Shown: piece after piece, positions 1-15,896 of the stretch
Layout of the letters: the number at the start of each line of letters is the position of its first letter
Position numbering within the stretch: the first letter of the stretch is position 1
DNA from: the human T2T-CHM13v2.0 reference genome, Homo sapiens
Direction: 5' to 3' (one strand)
DNA length: 64,000 bases
Assembly: GCF_009914755.1 (NCBI RefSeq)
Contig: NC_060928.1
Notes under the pieces: model-generated
Told to the model about the DNA's origin: nothing
Database searches by the model: none
What the model saw: the letters and a program-made list of their open reading frames with translations, nothing else
Position numbers and translations under genes: made by a program

Positions 1-222
1 TGATTCACATGGAAGCCAGATTGCAGCAGTTAGTGCCAAGGAGTGTTCAAACAAGCAGACGCTAAAATGTGATTTCAGAGCTGGATCATGTGCTGCCTGG
101 CTGGAGGATGACAGTGGACTACTACAAAGCCAACCAAGTAGTAGTCCCAGTTGCAGCTGCTAGGCCAGATGTGCTTATTGGTGCTAAAGTAGCATAGCAG
201 GTGTATGGTATATGGCCATTGA

Positions 223-533
<311 letters not shown>

Positions 534-2022
534 TCTATTCTTATCAGAAAAGAGGATCATAAACACTTTGCATTTATTTGGAATAGACAGGTATAGTTTT
601 GTCCCAAGACTATGATAACTGTTTTGCACTGTTACAGTATAAAGTGATCTAGATCCTCTGGATATTCCACACATCATACAGACCCACTATATTGATGCCA
701 TTATCTTGATTGGACTGGATGAGCAAGAAGTGCCTAGGTGATTAGAGGCCTTGGTAAGATCCATGTGTTACAAATAGTGGTAAACTCACAGTGATTCAGG
801 GATCCATCACATCAGTAAAACTTTTAGGGGTCGAGCGATCCTTTACTCTCCACATTAAAAGATAAATTATTGCATTCTGTATTTCCTATTACAAAGAAGG
901 AAGGACAATACTAGGTAGGCCCGTTTGTGCTAAGAAAGCACCATGTGCCACATCTAGGAATACTGCTCTGACTTTTATACCAGGTAACACAAGAGTCTTC
1001 CACCTTTGAATAGGACCCAAGCAGAAAAGGGCTCTGTAGCAACCCTATAGTCTCTAAAAATCTCTGTAATGATGTTTAATGTACCAGTAGTGAAATACGC
1101 TATGATGAGTTTATGGAAAATCCCAATGAGAAAAATTGTAACATAGACCCTTAGGGCTCTGTAGCAAGGCCATGTCACCTTCGGTAAATAAGTACATGCC
1201 TTTTCAAAAGTAGCCTTTGGTGTATTACTGTGGTCTCGTAAAAATCGAGTGACCACGGGGCCAGAACTGCCCTTCATAAGCTGAGTTCTATCAGTTCTGC
1301 CATGTAAGGATGTCAAATGACCTTAGAAACAATCCACTGTGAGATGGGAGTGGTGCATCTGGGGAGTAAGCATGAGCAGGAATGAAAGGCACAAGCTAGT
1401 TGCCCAACGATGCAGCTCAGATCCCCATGCCATCTACCACTGCTGCACAGTGTGTCTCTCTCAGCTCATACTTATGGCCAAATGGGAGGAGAAAAAGGCA
1501 AGCTTGATTCCAGTGTGGGACAGCCTGGTATGTGGGAAAATTTTTCAGTGGAAAGAGTTTTTGGCAAGTACCTGGTAATTAACTTTGTGTAAAAAGATAA
1601 ATGGCTCTAAATTAGAAATATATGGATTCATGGTCAGTGGCAAATGGCTTGTCTCCCTGCTGGGAGCTGGGAGTGGTAAGATTGAAAGATTTGAGATACG
1701 GAATTCTTGAGCAGGAGCATTTGGATGGACATGTGAGAGTGGTTACAACATGTGAAAATCTCTGTATTACATGTTAATGATCACCAAAGAACATCTAGAA
1801 AGAAAGAGTCACTTATCAAGCTAGACAAAGTCACTCAGCCAGTTGATGTCGGCCAGCTGCTGTACCCACCAATCCAATGCTGACATATGGATATATGATG
1901 GAATAGTCATGGTACAAGAGATAGGGAAAATGCATGAGCCCCAGAGCATGGGCTGCCACTTACCAAGGCCAAACCATCTACTCTTACTACCAAATTTTTA
2001 GTCTGCCAGAGCAGAAACCAGC

Positions 2023-2442
2023 TGTATTAGTTCCTTCTCACACTGCTCTGAAGAAATACCTGAGACTGGGTAATTTATAGAGAAAAGAGGTTTAATTGGC
2101 TCATAATTCCACAGGCTGTGCAGGATGCATGGCAGCATTTCCTTTGGGGAGGCCTCAGGGAGCTTTTACTCATGGCAGAAGGCAAAGCAGGAGCAGGCAT
2201 CTTACATGGCAGGAGCAGGACTAAGAGATAGAGCGGGGAGGTGCCACACAATTTCCAAGCAACAGGAGTCTCATGATAACTCACTCACTCACTGTCACAA
2301 GAACAGTACCGAGGGGATAGTGCTAAACCATTCATGAAAACCTGCCCCCATGATCTAATTACCTCCCACCAGGCATCACCTCCAAAGCTGGGGATTACAA
2401 TTCAATATGAGATTTGGGCGGGACACACATTCAACCATATCA
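2023..2442 (-). mobile_element. MST-family (ERVL-MaLR) solo LTR
   Basis: tgtattag...aaatacctgagactgggtaatttata...gagatttggg...accatatca termini, typical of THE1/MST LTRs. Confidence 0.85.
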
Positions 2443-2575
2443 CTAACACTCATCCCCCTATGTTATCTTTCACTGAAGACATCTACAAGTCACTGGGTGG
2501 AAAGTTAACTACACAGGGCCCATTTCACACTACACAGGTTAGTGATTAATCTCGACAAAAAAAGACACATTTCCC

Positions 2576-2909
<334 letters not shown>

Positions 2910-3199
2910 CTAAGTTGACACATAAAATTAACAATCATATCCCTCAATTTCCAAGTTTACTTAAGATGTCACTTTATATACTCTTAGCCTCTGATTTTTA
3001 TCTGTAACACATATTAATGTATTAATGTAATGTAATACATAGGTGTTATATAAATGTGTATGTATGTATTTGTACATATACATAAATAAAATATTCATTA
3101 TATATATTATGAATAGTCTAAAACTATAAATCCTTAGGGTTCTGGTTGCCAGTGTTATTATCACTCATAACAAATCTTAATTTAGCATTTTTGGTATAT

Positions 3200-3530
3200 A
3201 ACCTGGGCACAGTAGTAAACTTCCTTGGGCCTCATTATGCCTACCTGTAAAATGGGAATGAAAATATCTAATAGTCCATTGGAAATTTATGTGCCAAGAA
3301 TTATAGTTTTCTAGCATAAGATATTTTTTGGAATATTGGCTAGTTTTTTGAAAATATTACATTGGGCTAGGTACTTATTTTCTCTGTGCCTCAGTTTTTT
3401 CATCTATAAAAATAAAATAACAATGGCACACCTGTAAGGGTTTAGTGAGGATTGAATGTGTTCTTGTATAGAAAATGCCTATACAATGGCTGCAATATCC
3501 CTTCAATAAACTTTTGGTATTATTATTCTG
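3200..3530. mobile_element. MIR fragments
   Basis: MIR core motifs cctcattatgcctacctgtaaaatggg and tgcctcagtttttcatctataaaa. Confidence 0.6.
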
Positions 3531-3853
3531 TAGATACTCTAGTCAAGTAACCAGTGTGCAGCAGCTATTTCATATACCTCCTCTATTCTGAAAAGCCCCA
3601 CTTTCCTTCTCCCGGCCTCCTACCTTACCAGATAATCATGCCTCCTATCTAAAGGATAAGGTAGCATTTTCATCTCTCCATTCAACCTGCCATTTATAGC
3701 CATGCTGTCCTCCTTTTTGTTACACCGTGTTCTTTGACAAAAGCTTCTCCCTCCCTATGTGCTCTGGTGGGTGTGTTTCTGGAATCTGACAGTCTGCCCT
3801 CTGGTCACCAAAGATGCCCTTACTCTTCTCATCCACAGAACATACTAATCTTC

Positions 3854-5200
3854 TGTATTAGAGTTTAATCAGAGGAGCAGAGCCACAGGGAACATTTTAA
3901 ACCATAGGATTTATTATAGGCAATTCGCTTTCTATATTAAGCAGCTGCTAGACAGCGATTACTTCAGCACCTGAGGCTGGGCCTAAGGTCAGCCAAACAA
4001 ATACTAGAGGAAGACAGAAGAAAACGAAATGGGAATGAACAACACCAAACTGGACCCGCCAAGGACAAGATGAACCCTGCATTGTTTTCTCAACGCCTTG
4101 AAGACGCCAGCTATGACACTGAGTGTGACCTCTGGCAGAAGCTGGAGTCCTTTGTCATGGAGCCACACACACACCTGCCCCAGAACCAGAGAAGCTGAAG
4201 GAGGAGATCTGTCGGGAACGGAAGAAGCTGCTGGCTGGCTGCCGCCTCAAACCAAGGAGGGGAGCTGGCAGATCGCTGCATTGTGAGCTGCAGCAGTGCT
4301 GGACCTCTAGAGTGGACCCGAGCATGCAAAGAATCGGGCTGCTGCTTCCTGTTCCCTTCGGAATCTCATACAAAATGCTTCTTGTGGCACAAGCTAACCT
4401 GAAACTTTGCAGGGAAGGGAATTCTCAGAATTTTGTGGTTTGCTAGACTGGCACGGTACAAGTTTACCACATCTCCTCCCCAAGGGAGACAAGAAAATTT
4501 CATCAAGTTCAAAGTGCAGGGATGTCTAGGTCATGTGCTGTTTCTCCATGAAGTCCAGATGTGGCTCCTTGTGATCTAGTTATCCATGAACTTAAAAAAC
4601 AAGTTATCTGCTCTTCCCTATCCCCCCCCCCACCTCACACAAAAACCTACAATATATTGGAGTAGAATACCATAATAAACACTCCCATTTGGAAAAAGAA
4701 AAATTAGAAAACACATGACAGGCCCCAGTGTGTGGTGTTCCCCTTCCTGTGTCCAAGTGTTCTCATTGTTCAGTTCCCACCTATGAGTGAGAACATGCGG
4801 TGTTTAGTTAGAACTTAAAGTATAATTTAAAAAAAAAAAACTAAAAAAAAAAACAAAATAAAAAACTAAAAAAAAAAAGAGAGAGAGAAAAAAAGAAAAA
4901 TTAGAAAACACATAGTAAATGCCAGTTTTCAGCAATGCTGAAATTCTAGCGGGCTGCATTTCCAGATCTTTCTTTCCAGAACTTTCTTGATGAGTCGCTG
5001 ATTCTGCTTGCTGGGACATACTTTCTTGTCCAAGTACTTTGTGGTTCCTGGCTGGGCTTTTTTGAAAGTTATTCCTTGTCCGTTCCTCTCCACGGCTGCT
5101 TCTAAATTGAGAATTGAGGAGTGCGCTCTCCCTGGTGGTGGAATCACCTTCACAACACACTTTACTTTTTCTGCCTCTGCAAATTCGCGGGCCCAAGGGT
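3854..5200 (-). mobile_element. Old ERVL/MaLR LTR plus internal-sequence remnant
   Basis: tgtattag start, gggaagggaattct motif and a MaLR-int-like stretch (aagttatctgct...cactcccatttggaaa). Family assignment uncertain. Confidence 0.4.
4717..4889 (+). mobile_element. Very short 5'-inverted L1PA insertion
   Basis: Antisense L1PA 3'UTR (gacaggccccagtgtgtg...gtgagaacatgcggtgttt) joined to sense tagaacttaaagtataat plus poly(A). 24-bp TSD at 4693-4716 and 4890-4913. Confidence 0.9.
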
Positions 5201-5451
5201 TGTTCGTTGTAGTTGTTGTTTAACAGTTAGATTCTAATCCACATGGATTTTATTTTGGTGCTGGTGCGAAAAATGATTTAACACTTTTTTTTTCCAAATG
5301 TAGAGTTGATTATTTCAAGCTTATTTATTGATGAGTTCATCTTTTCCATGCTAATTTGAAATGCCACCTTTATCATAAATTAAATTCCCATACATACATG
5401 AAATCATTTCCGGACCCTTCTCCTGTTTCATTGATCTTTTGTATCTATACT

Positions 5452-5675
5452 GCAGTGGCTTCAGCTAGGGGAATAGAGTATTCGCTGCCCCAGGAGAATT
5501 CGCAATGTCTGGATCCATTTTTGGTTGTTAAAACTGAGGCATGGGATCTCACTGTCATTCAGTTGGTGGAGGTAGGGAATATTGCTAACATCCAAAATAC
5601 ACAGGACAGCCTTCCACAACAAGGAATTAGTAACTTGCCCCAAATTTCCACTGTGCTGAGGTTGAGAAATCCTTG
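5452..5675. mobile_element. MER20 (hAT-Charlie DNA transposon)
   Basis: gcaatgtctgga...tttttggttgt...caggacagcc...acaacaaggaatt...gctgaggttgagaaatcc. Confidence 0.8.
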
Positions 5676-6649
5676 TATAATGGTTTCAAAAACATGATTT
5701 TAGGTATTATTTTTATGCATATTCTTATGGTATTCTCTTCCAGGTGTTCTAATAATAAATTTGAGTTCCACAGAGAAATCTTGTTTGGATGTGTTTGAGG
5801 ATGTCATTGACTTTATAGATCAATTTGGAAAGTGTGAACATTCTTATCATATTGATAATTCCATGGCTTTACAGATTAATTTGGAAAGTGTTAACATCTT
5901 CATAATATTGATCATTTCCATTTAGGATTATGATATGACTGTTTACTTACTTTGTTCTTTCTTTACATGCTTCAATAGAGTTTTACAGTTTTACTGATGT
6001 AGATTTTGCTTATTTATATTAGGTTTTATTCCTAAGTTTTTATTTTTCTTGTTCCTCTTATACACAGAATTTTTTAAAGTTACATTTTCTCATTTTATCT
6101 GCACTGAAAACTTCTGCCTTTTGAAATATGCTACCTATTTTTAAATATCTATGGTAAATACAACATTCTCATATGTTACATTCACTATAAGTATTATCTG
6201 TTACTGAAGGTTTAAAAAAAAAAACTGTTGGTATCTTGTGGTGTTCTCCCAACTGGACCATTCTTCTTTTCAGGAGTTCTAAACAAATTAATAAAGAAAA
6301 CAAAGGAATGGAAGTGGAGGTCAAGATATCTATTTTTACTGGAAATATCTAAGCTACAGGATGTAGCTTGGTATGAGAGCCAAATGGGCTTGCTAACTGA
6401 ATTCCAGAATTGGGCAAACAACCCACCCAGTCACAAGCACTGATGGACTGCCTGCAGTTTACTCTCAACAACTATGACTTCTGCCTGCTTCACTATTTAT
6501 ATCACATGTGAGTTTCTTTCATGGGTAGTCGCTAACCCACAACCACCCTGGTAAATGGATTCTGGAAAACATTATTTCAGGATTCTCTTCTGAAATGCAG
6601 AGGAGATCTTAGCAAAGAGTGGCAAGGATCTGAGTTGACATTAGATACA

Positions 6650-6847
6650 GGCGAGTAACCTAGTACCCTCAGGCCAGTTCCATCCTGCCACCTGTATTTT
6701 TGGATTACAGTCATACCCATGAATTGCCCCTGGCTGGTTTCATGCTGCAATGTGGGAGTTGAGTATTTGCCACAGAGACAGCACGGCTGGCAAAGTCTCA
6801 AATATTCATTATCTAGCCATTTACAGAAAAAAGTTTCTCAAACTTTG
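6650..6847. mobile_element. MER58-like hAT DNA transposon
   Basis: gagttgagtatttgccacagagac...aaatattcattatctagccatttacagaaaaaagttt. Confidence 0.7.
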
Positions 6848-8273
6848 CAATAGAAAATCTAGTAATACATTCTATGACTATTGGTATTTTGTGTTTTTTT
6901 AAGTCTTCTTGAGTCAATTTTGATCATTTACATATCTCCTTGAATGTCATCCTATTGCTTTTAAACTTTATCTTTACACTTTGTTTCTTTTCTTTTTACT
7001 AATAATGTTTCTAATATTTTTTGTTTTGATTAGGCTTGACCAGAAGTTATTTTACTTGATTTGTATAATTCATTATTTATTTTAATTTATTTTTGCTTTT
7101 GATTTTGTTTCCTTTTATATTTAAAGGAAATAACCTTTCAAAAATCATATCTTGGATTGAATCCTTAAACCATTTATTTAAAATTTTATTGTGTTATAAT
7201 AAATGCATTTATAGTTATAAATTTTCTTTTCAATACTGCTTTGGATTAAGTCCATTACTTTTGAAATATAAATATTCATGATTACTTTCTAAAGTTTATG
7301 TTTCTAGTTTTAATAAGCTCTTTAACTCAAGTTCATTTGGAAGTATGTTTTAATTTTGTAAGTAAAGGAGTTTATGTGTTTGTATTATGTTCCAGTTATT
7401 TATAGTCAACTTCTAGTTTATTGAATTTTGGCTTAAAAATCAGGGCTATATGGTTTCCTTTGCATGGAATTAGTTGAATTATTCGTTGTGGCCTTATAAA
7501 TAGCCACTGTCACCTATGGTAGGGGCAAATAATTGGGGGTTTTGATAAGATTATCTATGGTTTATTTTATGTTTTGGTAAATTTATTTTCTTTTTAACCA
7601 ATTATAAAATCTCAATTATTATATGTCATGTTACTTGTGTCATTAAAGTTCTGTATCTTTCACTTTTTATTGTCTGCTTGATTTGAAAGAAGCATGGTAA
7701 AATCTTTCACTACTTCCGTTGAGTTGTGTACTTCTTTTTTTCCTTATAGAACTTTTTATTATGCCTTAGTTATAGTGTATGATGCATAAACATTTGTGAT
7801 TGTTTTAATTATTTTGTGTAATCTATTTGTCCAATCTACTAACGAGCTTATCAAAGACATTCTCCATTTTTATTACAATATTGTCACATTTCCACATTTT
7901 CTTTTTATTGTTGCTGAGAATTGCCATCTTTCACTTATGTTACCCATTTGATGTCGCGTGTTGCTACTTTTCCCGTTAGAGCCCTTACTACAGTAATCAT
8001 AGTTATTTTAAATTCCCTGTTTGATGATTGTGACATGTGTATTGTATCTGAGACTGTTATTTTTTCTTGCTTTTGGCTGTACCTTGTAATTTTTTTGTTG
8101 AATGCTGGACATGTTTTATTGGTTATAGGAACAGAGGTAAGTAGGCCTTTGGAATAAAGTTTCATGTTAATCTGGTTAGGAGCTGGGCTTTATTTACATT
8201 TGGTGTAGCTATAGGTGCCAAAAGCTTGGCTTGAGTGTTTTTATTTTTGACTTCCTTCTTGACTTTGGGCTTA

Positions 8274-8608
8274 TAGTAGTCCCTTGTAATGCACAGTTTT
8301 ATTTTCTGCAGTTTCATCTACCCGCCATCAACTATAGTCCAACAATAGGTGAATATAGTAGAATAAGATATTTTGAGAGAGCAAGAGGCCACGTTTACAT
8401 AACTTTTATGACATTATATTGTTAGAATTATTGTTTCATTATAATAGTCATTAACCTTTTACTTTGCTTAATTTTTAAGTTAAATTTTCTCATACACATG
8501 TACATATAGGGAAAAACATAGTATGGATAGGGTTCAGTATCATGAACGATTTCAAGCATCCACTGGGGGTCTGGGAAAAGATCCCCTGTAGATAAGGGGA
8601 AACTACTA
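8274..8608. mobile_element. Tigger3/MER7-type (TcMar) non-autonomous element
   Basis: TA-flanked inverted ends tagtagtccc...gggaaactacta, with internal taagatattttgagaga and catccactgggggtct. Confidence 0.8.
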
Positions 8609-10419
8609 TACCCTTCCTTACAGTCTGTTTCTCAGCTGAAATTCACTATGATACAAGACTTCTTTGGGTGCAGTGGTAAGGTAGGTATAGAAAAACATTC
8701 CATAATCTTCTAATTAAATCTTGGTCTTTTACTGGGGCCTGTGTCTCTGGCCTGTGGGCTTCACAGGGGTTTCTTCTTGTATAACTTCCCTTCCTAGCTG
8801 AGACAGAAAAGCTAGAGGAGGCTGGAGTAAGAGGAATGTTCTTCCTCTGCAGCTCTGGAATAAGGTCTTTTCCCTGGAGAGTAGGTCTTTGTTATGGAGA
8901 AACCCATATTCCACAGTGATTACTTTTCCCCTCCCCTTGCCAGAGCAAGGACGATATTTCTCCAGTCTTCATTGTGAGAACCTGGTAGAGATCAGGGAAG
9001 AAAAGCTCATGAAGTATGGAGCCCCTGGGAATATCTCCCTCTCATGTTAGTCTGCACTCAGTCTCTAGCAATTTGTCAAAATTACCATTTAAGTGTCCTT
9101 AGCAGTTTATATTTTTAATAGCTCTACTCTAGGTAAGCAGATCTCAGCTCAGACTGAATTTTCCTCTCTCCAGATTCCAGGGTAGAGGTCTGCATGGCAA
9201 ACTTAGTTCTCCGATAGGGCTAAAAAAAGTCATTGATTTTCATTTTATCCAACTTTTTCTTGTTGAAGGACAGGAGTGACAACTTCCAAGCACTTTATAC
9301 CTTGGAGCTAAAACTGGAAGTCCTGAATCCAGTCTTTATCACGATAAATATACATTTGGCGGGGTGGGGGGGCTCATTTAATGGTTTTAGTATTATATCT
9401 CACTTATCTGATTTTTAAATTATCATTTGTTTAGAACATGTGTAGTCATCTTATTATGTTTAGCCATCTGTCTATGTAATTTTGTTTTTGTTTCACTCCT
9501 TGTAAAAAGCACATAGCTGAATTTTGTTTCTTTTTTAAATGCAATCTGGTATTTTAATAGGATAATTCAACCCATTACTGCCACACTGTCGTTGCATCTT
9601 CCACCTGTCTCTTTTCTTTGTCATTTCAGGATTCTGACGTTTGATTTTCCAAATTGATCATTTGTTTTTAGCAATCTACTTTTTTACTTCCTCTGTTAAC
9701 CTTTTTGTAATATACAAAAATCATGTTGTTGTTTTTAAGTTTTAAAACCTCTTCTTTGTTCTTTGATAATTTCCTTTAAATGTGTTCTTGGATCATCTAA
9801 GAGTTTATTTTTTTTTTCCTTACTCCTATCTGGGTAATGTTTTACCCAGGTGGTAAAAGGTTAAAAATGAATTCTGTCACCTGCTGGCTAGGAGACAATG
9901 GTCTGGCCTGCTATAATCCACAGATCAAGTGGTTGTGCTTGGAAGCCTCCAGATTTTTGAGATCCTCATGGAATAGAGCAGTAAGTTGCATTCTTCTCCT
10001 GGCTTCCCATTCTCCTGCCACAGTTCTTTACTTAGGGAGACATATGAACTAAGAGTATTCTGTTTTTCCCTGTGCTATGATTACAAAGCAGGTAGAAACA
10101 GTTCTTCCATGAAAGCCATGGCATGGGATGTCATCGCCCTAATTTTCTCATGCAGATTCTCTTTTCAGACTGCCTGGTCTTTTGTGATTGGAAAACACAT
10201 CACATGAAAGCTACTCCTTGTGGAGCCTCCTTGTAAAAGGGGACATTTAAATGACTGTGGGATTCTCCTAAACAATCTGCTAAACTGTATCCCTCGGCCC
10301 CAGATTCCCCTCTATTTTCTTAACCCAGCTCCGGCTCCTCAAAACACATACAGAGTAATTAACAAAGAGAAAATTTTTAAAAAGAAGGATTCGTTAGTAA
10401 CATAGAAAGTCATCTTTAT

Positions 10420-10678
<259 letters not shown>

Positions 10679-10908
10679 TCATTATTATAGACTCTCATGC
10701 TGGTTATTATTTTTTCCATCTTCTCAAATAACAAAAGTGTTTAAAAGTAACTTCTTTATATTGAAGTCTGTTTAAATACAGTAATGTATGCCTAAAAAAG
10801 TTGGAAGTATTTTTATATTTTGGCTTTTATAAGTAAACACGATCCTCACATTTGAATTAGCTGAAGTACAGAAATATATCTTTATCTGTGTATTAGAAAA
10901 GCTTTTCA

Positions 10909-11210
10909 GGCCTGGCACAATGGCTTCATGCCTGTAATCCTAGCACTTTGGGAGGTTGAGGTGAGCGAATCACTTGCAGTCAGGAGTTTGGGGCCACCCT
11001 GGCCAACATGATGAAACCCCGTCTCTACTAAAAGAAATACAAAAATTAGCTGGGTGTGGTGGCGGGCACCTGTAATTCCAGCTACTCAGGAGGCTGAGGC
11101 AGGAGAATCGCTTGAACCTGGGAGGTAGAGGCTGTAGTGAGTCGAGATCACACCACTGTACTCCAGCCTCCATGACAAGGAAGGAGACTATGTCAAAAAA
11201 AAAAAAAAAA
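10909..11210 (+). mobile_element. AluS
   Basis: Full Alu dimer with A tail. Confidence 0.93.
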
Positions 11211-13298
11211 GAGCTCTTCAATTATCATTTTGTATCTGGCCAAGCTAAAGCCCTCAAGCCAATACTGTCCTATTTATGTACAAGATAACATTGTCCTGAT
11301 AAACTGTGGAAATGAAGAGACCTATTTCTTGAAATGTATTTTCATCTACTTGTCAATATGGATATAATGAAATATATTACTTCAAAAACAATGGAAATGT
11401 TATTAAATTTAGTGAGTTTTATTCACATGTTAACATTCCAGTTTCTTTGGACCTTCTTAAATTTTGGCCTACTTCCTCTTTCTTGCTGACTTTTCACATC
11501 CTCTTCCAGATCCATTACCAATTGGAGCTACACATTTGTTCAAAGCAGATTTAAATGTTCATAATAAAATCAGTGAAACTGCACTAAGTGTCATTTATAG
11601 TAAAATTTAAAACTTATTCTTTCACTAGCCTAATAAAGCCACTATTACTTTAGCCATCCCATCAGTAACACTGTACCTGAACTGGCATCTGGCTGAGACA
11701 TCCTGTCTTGGTTTTCAAATGGAAACAATTAACTCAATCAGTTGCATATATTTTCCCTAGGACTTATACTAACCAAAATGGAACGGTGATAAATGAACAA
11801 TTACTTCTGGAAATTCCTACGTTTCTTTTGATAACATGCCAAAGCAAAAATTAAAAACTATATTAACTTTCTAAAGGAGCATAGACACAACTCTCTTTCT
11901 ATTTATTTGTTTTCCTATATAGAGACCATTATATTCCATACTAGAAAAAAGATTAATACGTTGTCCTTATAACATCTAAACATATGATTCATCTGAAACT
12001 TCCCAAAATCCATGAACAGAGATTTATATTCAATAGATAGGAATTCTGTCTTTATTGTTTTAAAGATTTTTTCTAAAATTTGGTAGATGAAATCTTCTTT
12101 GATTCATTAATCTAGTTAAAAAGATTCCCCAGGGATGCTCTAATTTCAAGCCTGACATATAAATGTCTGTCTTCCTCCTCTTTAAATATTTCCTATATAA
12201 GCCTGTCTGTTGCATGCAAGTAAACTCCTATTTTGCATATATCTGCCTCCCATCTGACATCAAGCTTCTGGTGGTCCAGGGACCCCAGGTTGTAGTCACA
12301 GCAGTAGAGGTGGAAATTCCTTGGATAACACTGATTTGTGTTACAGCAGCCATTCTTGCCAGTGCCATTGTTTATTAATTTATTTAGATATAAAATTATT
12401 TAACAAATTCACTGAAATAGAGCCAGTTATCAATTGAGGATATTGATCGACTGGCATGCAAGTTTTTTACAGAATTTATTAATGGAGAGATTTAAAGTTT
12501 TTAAAAATTTCATAAAAAAATCCTTAAATGAGTTGTACAACTATTTTAATAAAAATACCAAAAGGGAATTAATATAGCACAAAACTGAAATAACAATGGT
12601 GTGTGATTTTAGAGTCACAATGTTACTTTAAAAAGATTTACTCAGAGTAAATTCATTACATTGCTTAATCTATTTTAATGAAATTCTTTAATATTTGGAA
12701 ACAATTCAAAATCAACATGTTCTTTTGCTAATCATACTGCTTAAATATAAATCTGGTCGTGTTTTATCTCCTACTTAAAATTCTTCAATGGCTCTCCTAA
12801 TCTTCAGAACAAGGTAAAAAGAAACTCTTCAGCATGGTGTTCAATGTTCTTCATTATCTGATCATTTTTACCTCCCTGGCTTTATCTTTTCCCACTTTCC
12901 TGCAATGTTCCAGCAATACTGATGTTCTGACTAATGCCCACTTGGCTCATGCCTAATTCAAGTGTCCATACACATTGTGATCTAACTGTGTGGAATCAAA
13001 ATCTTTGCACCAAAAGGACTTTAATCCAGCGAACTCCTAATTATTTTGCAAGGATCATCCAAGTCATCTCTTTTGAGAAACCTTTGATTCCCCCGAGAGG
13101 GCTTCCTGCTTCCAGACTTCTCGATGCTTGCCTATAGAACAACTCTTACCACACTGTTTATGAGCATCAGTCTGTTTCTCCCACTTTAGACCATTTTACA
13201 GAAGGTTCTTACTAGTTTCCATATTATAGCTTTCTACCTAATATTTAATCCATAGTAAATAGCCAAAAAATGTTTTTATTAAAAGAAATATAAAATTA

Positions 13299-13619
<321 letters not shown>

Positions 13620-13690
13620 TCAAAATGAGCTATGTGGTATTTTTAATGAGTAATTTTCTTACCTATTTTTTTTTTTAAAATACTGTTGTC

Positions 13691-13874
13691 ACACACTGGG
13701 GACTGTGGTAGGGTGGGGAGAGAGCATCAGGAAGAATAGCTAATGGATGCTGAGCTTAATACCTAGGTGATGGGTTGATCTGTGCAACAAACCACCATGA
13801 CACACGTTTGCATATGTAACAAACCTGCACATCCTGCACATGTACTCAGAACTTAAAATAAAAGTTGAATAGAA
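13691..13874 (+). mobile_element. L1PA (older primate) 3' end, heavily 5'-truncated
   Basis: gagcatcaggaagaatagctaatggatgc...taacaaacctgcacatcctgcacatgtac...aacttaaaataaaag. TSD aaaatactg(t/c)tgtc. Confidence 0.88.
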
Positions 13875-14763
13875 AAATACTGCTGTCTGATTATCATTCT
13901 AGCTCTCTATCCTTCTACCTTCACACACTTGTGATAGTGAGACCCTAGGTTTCATTAATTTACAAAGGAAAGTATAGGGCAATGAAATGAATTAATTGGA
14001 ATGAATAAATAAAATATATGGAACACAAGAATAAGAGATAAATCTTTATCAAAAGTGTAGTTGACTATTTTGTCCTGGGATAAAAAGTTTTCACTTGGGA
14101 CAATCAATTTTGAGTAATCATGAATTCCATGGATGATTATGGAAATTTCCTCCTATTGATGACCCATATGTGATGTTGACAAATGTAAGATTTTGTTTTC
14201 ACAGTAGATTGATCTATATGTCCAACTGTCTACCTATTTATTTATCATTTGTTACCAATTCTATTTTCCCTTCAGTACTGTTTTGACTTCCATATTTTTA
14301 AGTTCTATCTAGATAATTTGCTATAAATTATTTACATATAGCAGGATATGAAAAGATAAAAGGGCTACATTTTAATCCTCACCCTAATGCACAGAAAAAA
14401 AGAAATATATCTACCTTCAGAATGAGAGATATTGTACATAAAGTTTCTGGTACAAAGTAACTGACTCATGCTTGCCTTTAGTTCTTTACTCCATCCATAC
14501 CTCATTTTCCTGTGAACCCCATCATACTCACTGAAGATGATGAATTGCAGCCTTTGGCTCTGATAATTACACTTTTTCAAACTCTGTCATTTCTTCACTT
14601 CCGTGATTTCTCTCTTTCTTCTTCTAAGTGCATCTCCAAAGATAAAACTGGACTTTCTTTCCTGTATTTTCATTTTCCCTTTGTGTATCAGTTGGTATGG
14701 TACGTTATATTACATCTCTATCTCTGACACTCTCCTGAGTGTAGGGTCTTTCATTTCTTTCTA

Positions 14764-15062
<299 letters not shown>

Positions 15063-15896
15063 GGGTCTTTCATTCCTAATAGCCTATTAGAAATCATCAT
15101 TTGGTGCCTCAATCTGAATTCATCTGAAATAGAATACTTTATCTTTCTTTCCACAACTGTACTTCTCCACTTATTTCATAATTCTGTAAATATCCCATCA
15201 AGCACCTGGTTATGTGAATTCAAAAACTACACGTTGTCTTTGAGTGGTTTTTACCATAATTCACAATTCGCAATCAGTTACCAAGGCACACAGATCCTTC
15301 TTTTGAAATTTCTCTCACCATTGTCTTCTCCATTTCAGCTTCTTCAAAGTCCTATCCACATATCTGGTATTTACTTCAGGTGCTATATCCAAAACCTAAT
15401 TATTATAATAGGTCTGCAACTTTTGCCTCTACGTTCAGAATAGGGAATAAATTAATATGCTAATATATAAGTAGTCAGTAAAGTTGTAAGAGTCTTCACT
15501 ATGCTTCCTTTTACATTTGCTTATAGTATTTATCATGACTGAATTATGTCCCCCTCAAAATTGATATGTTGAAATCCTGAAACTCCAATACTTCAGAATG
15601 TAACCATTTTTGGAGACAAGGTCTTTAAAGAGGTGGTTAAACTAAAATGATCCCATTAGGGTCGAGCTCTAATCCAATATTACTGGTGTCCTTACAAGAC
15701 GAGAAAGAGACACTAAGGACTCCTATACACAGAAAGATAATCCTGTAAAGAAGCAACAAGAGGACCATCTCCTGCAAACCAAGGAGAGAGAGGCCTCAGA
15801 GGCAACTAACCTTGCCAGCACCTTGATCGTTGACTTCTAGCCTCCAGATCTGTGACAAAACAAATTTCTGTAGTTTAAGCTTCCCAGTCTGTGGTA

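Larger units (their letters stand above)
5230..9330 (-). mobile_element. Fragmented old L1M element(s) hosting younger insertions
   Basis: T-rich antisense L1-like motifs (ttatagatcaatttggaaag, tttattcctaagt, gagtgacaacttccaagcactttata). Confidence 0.55.
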
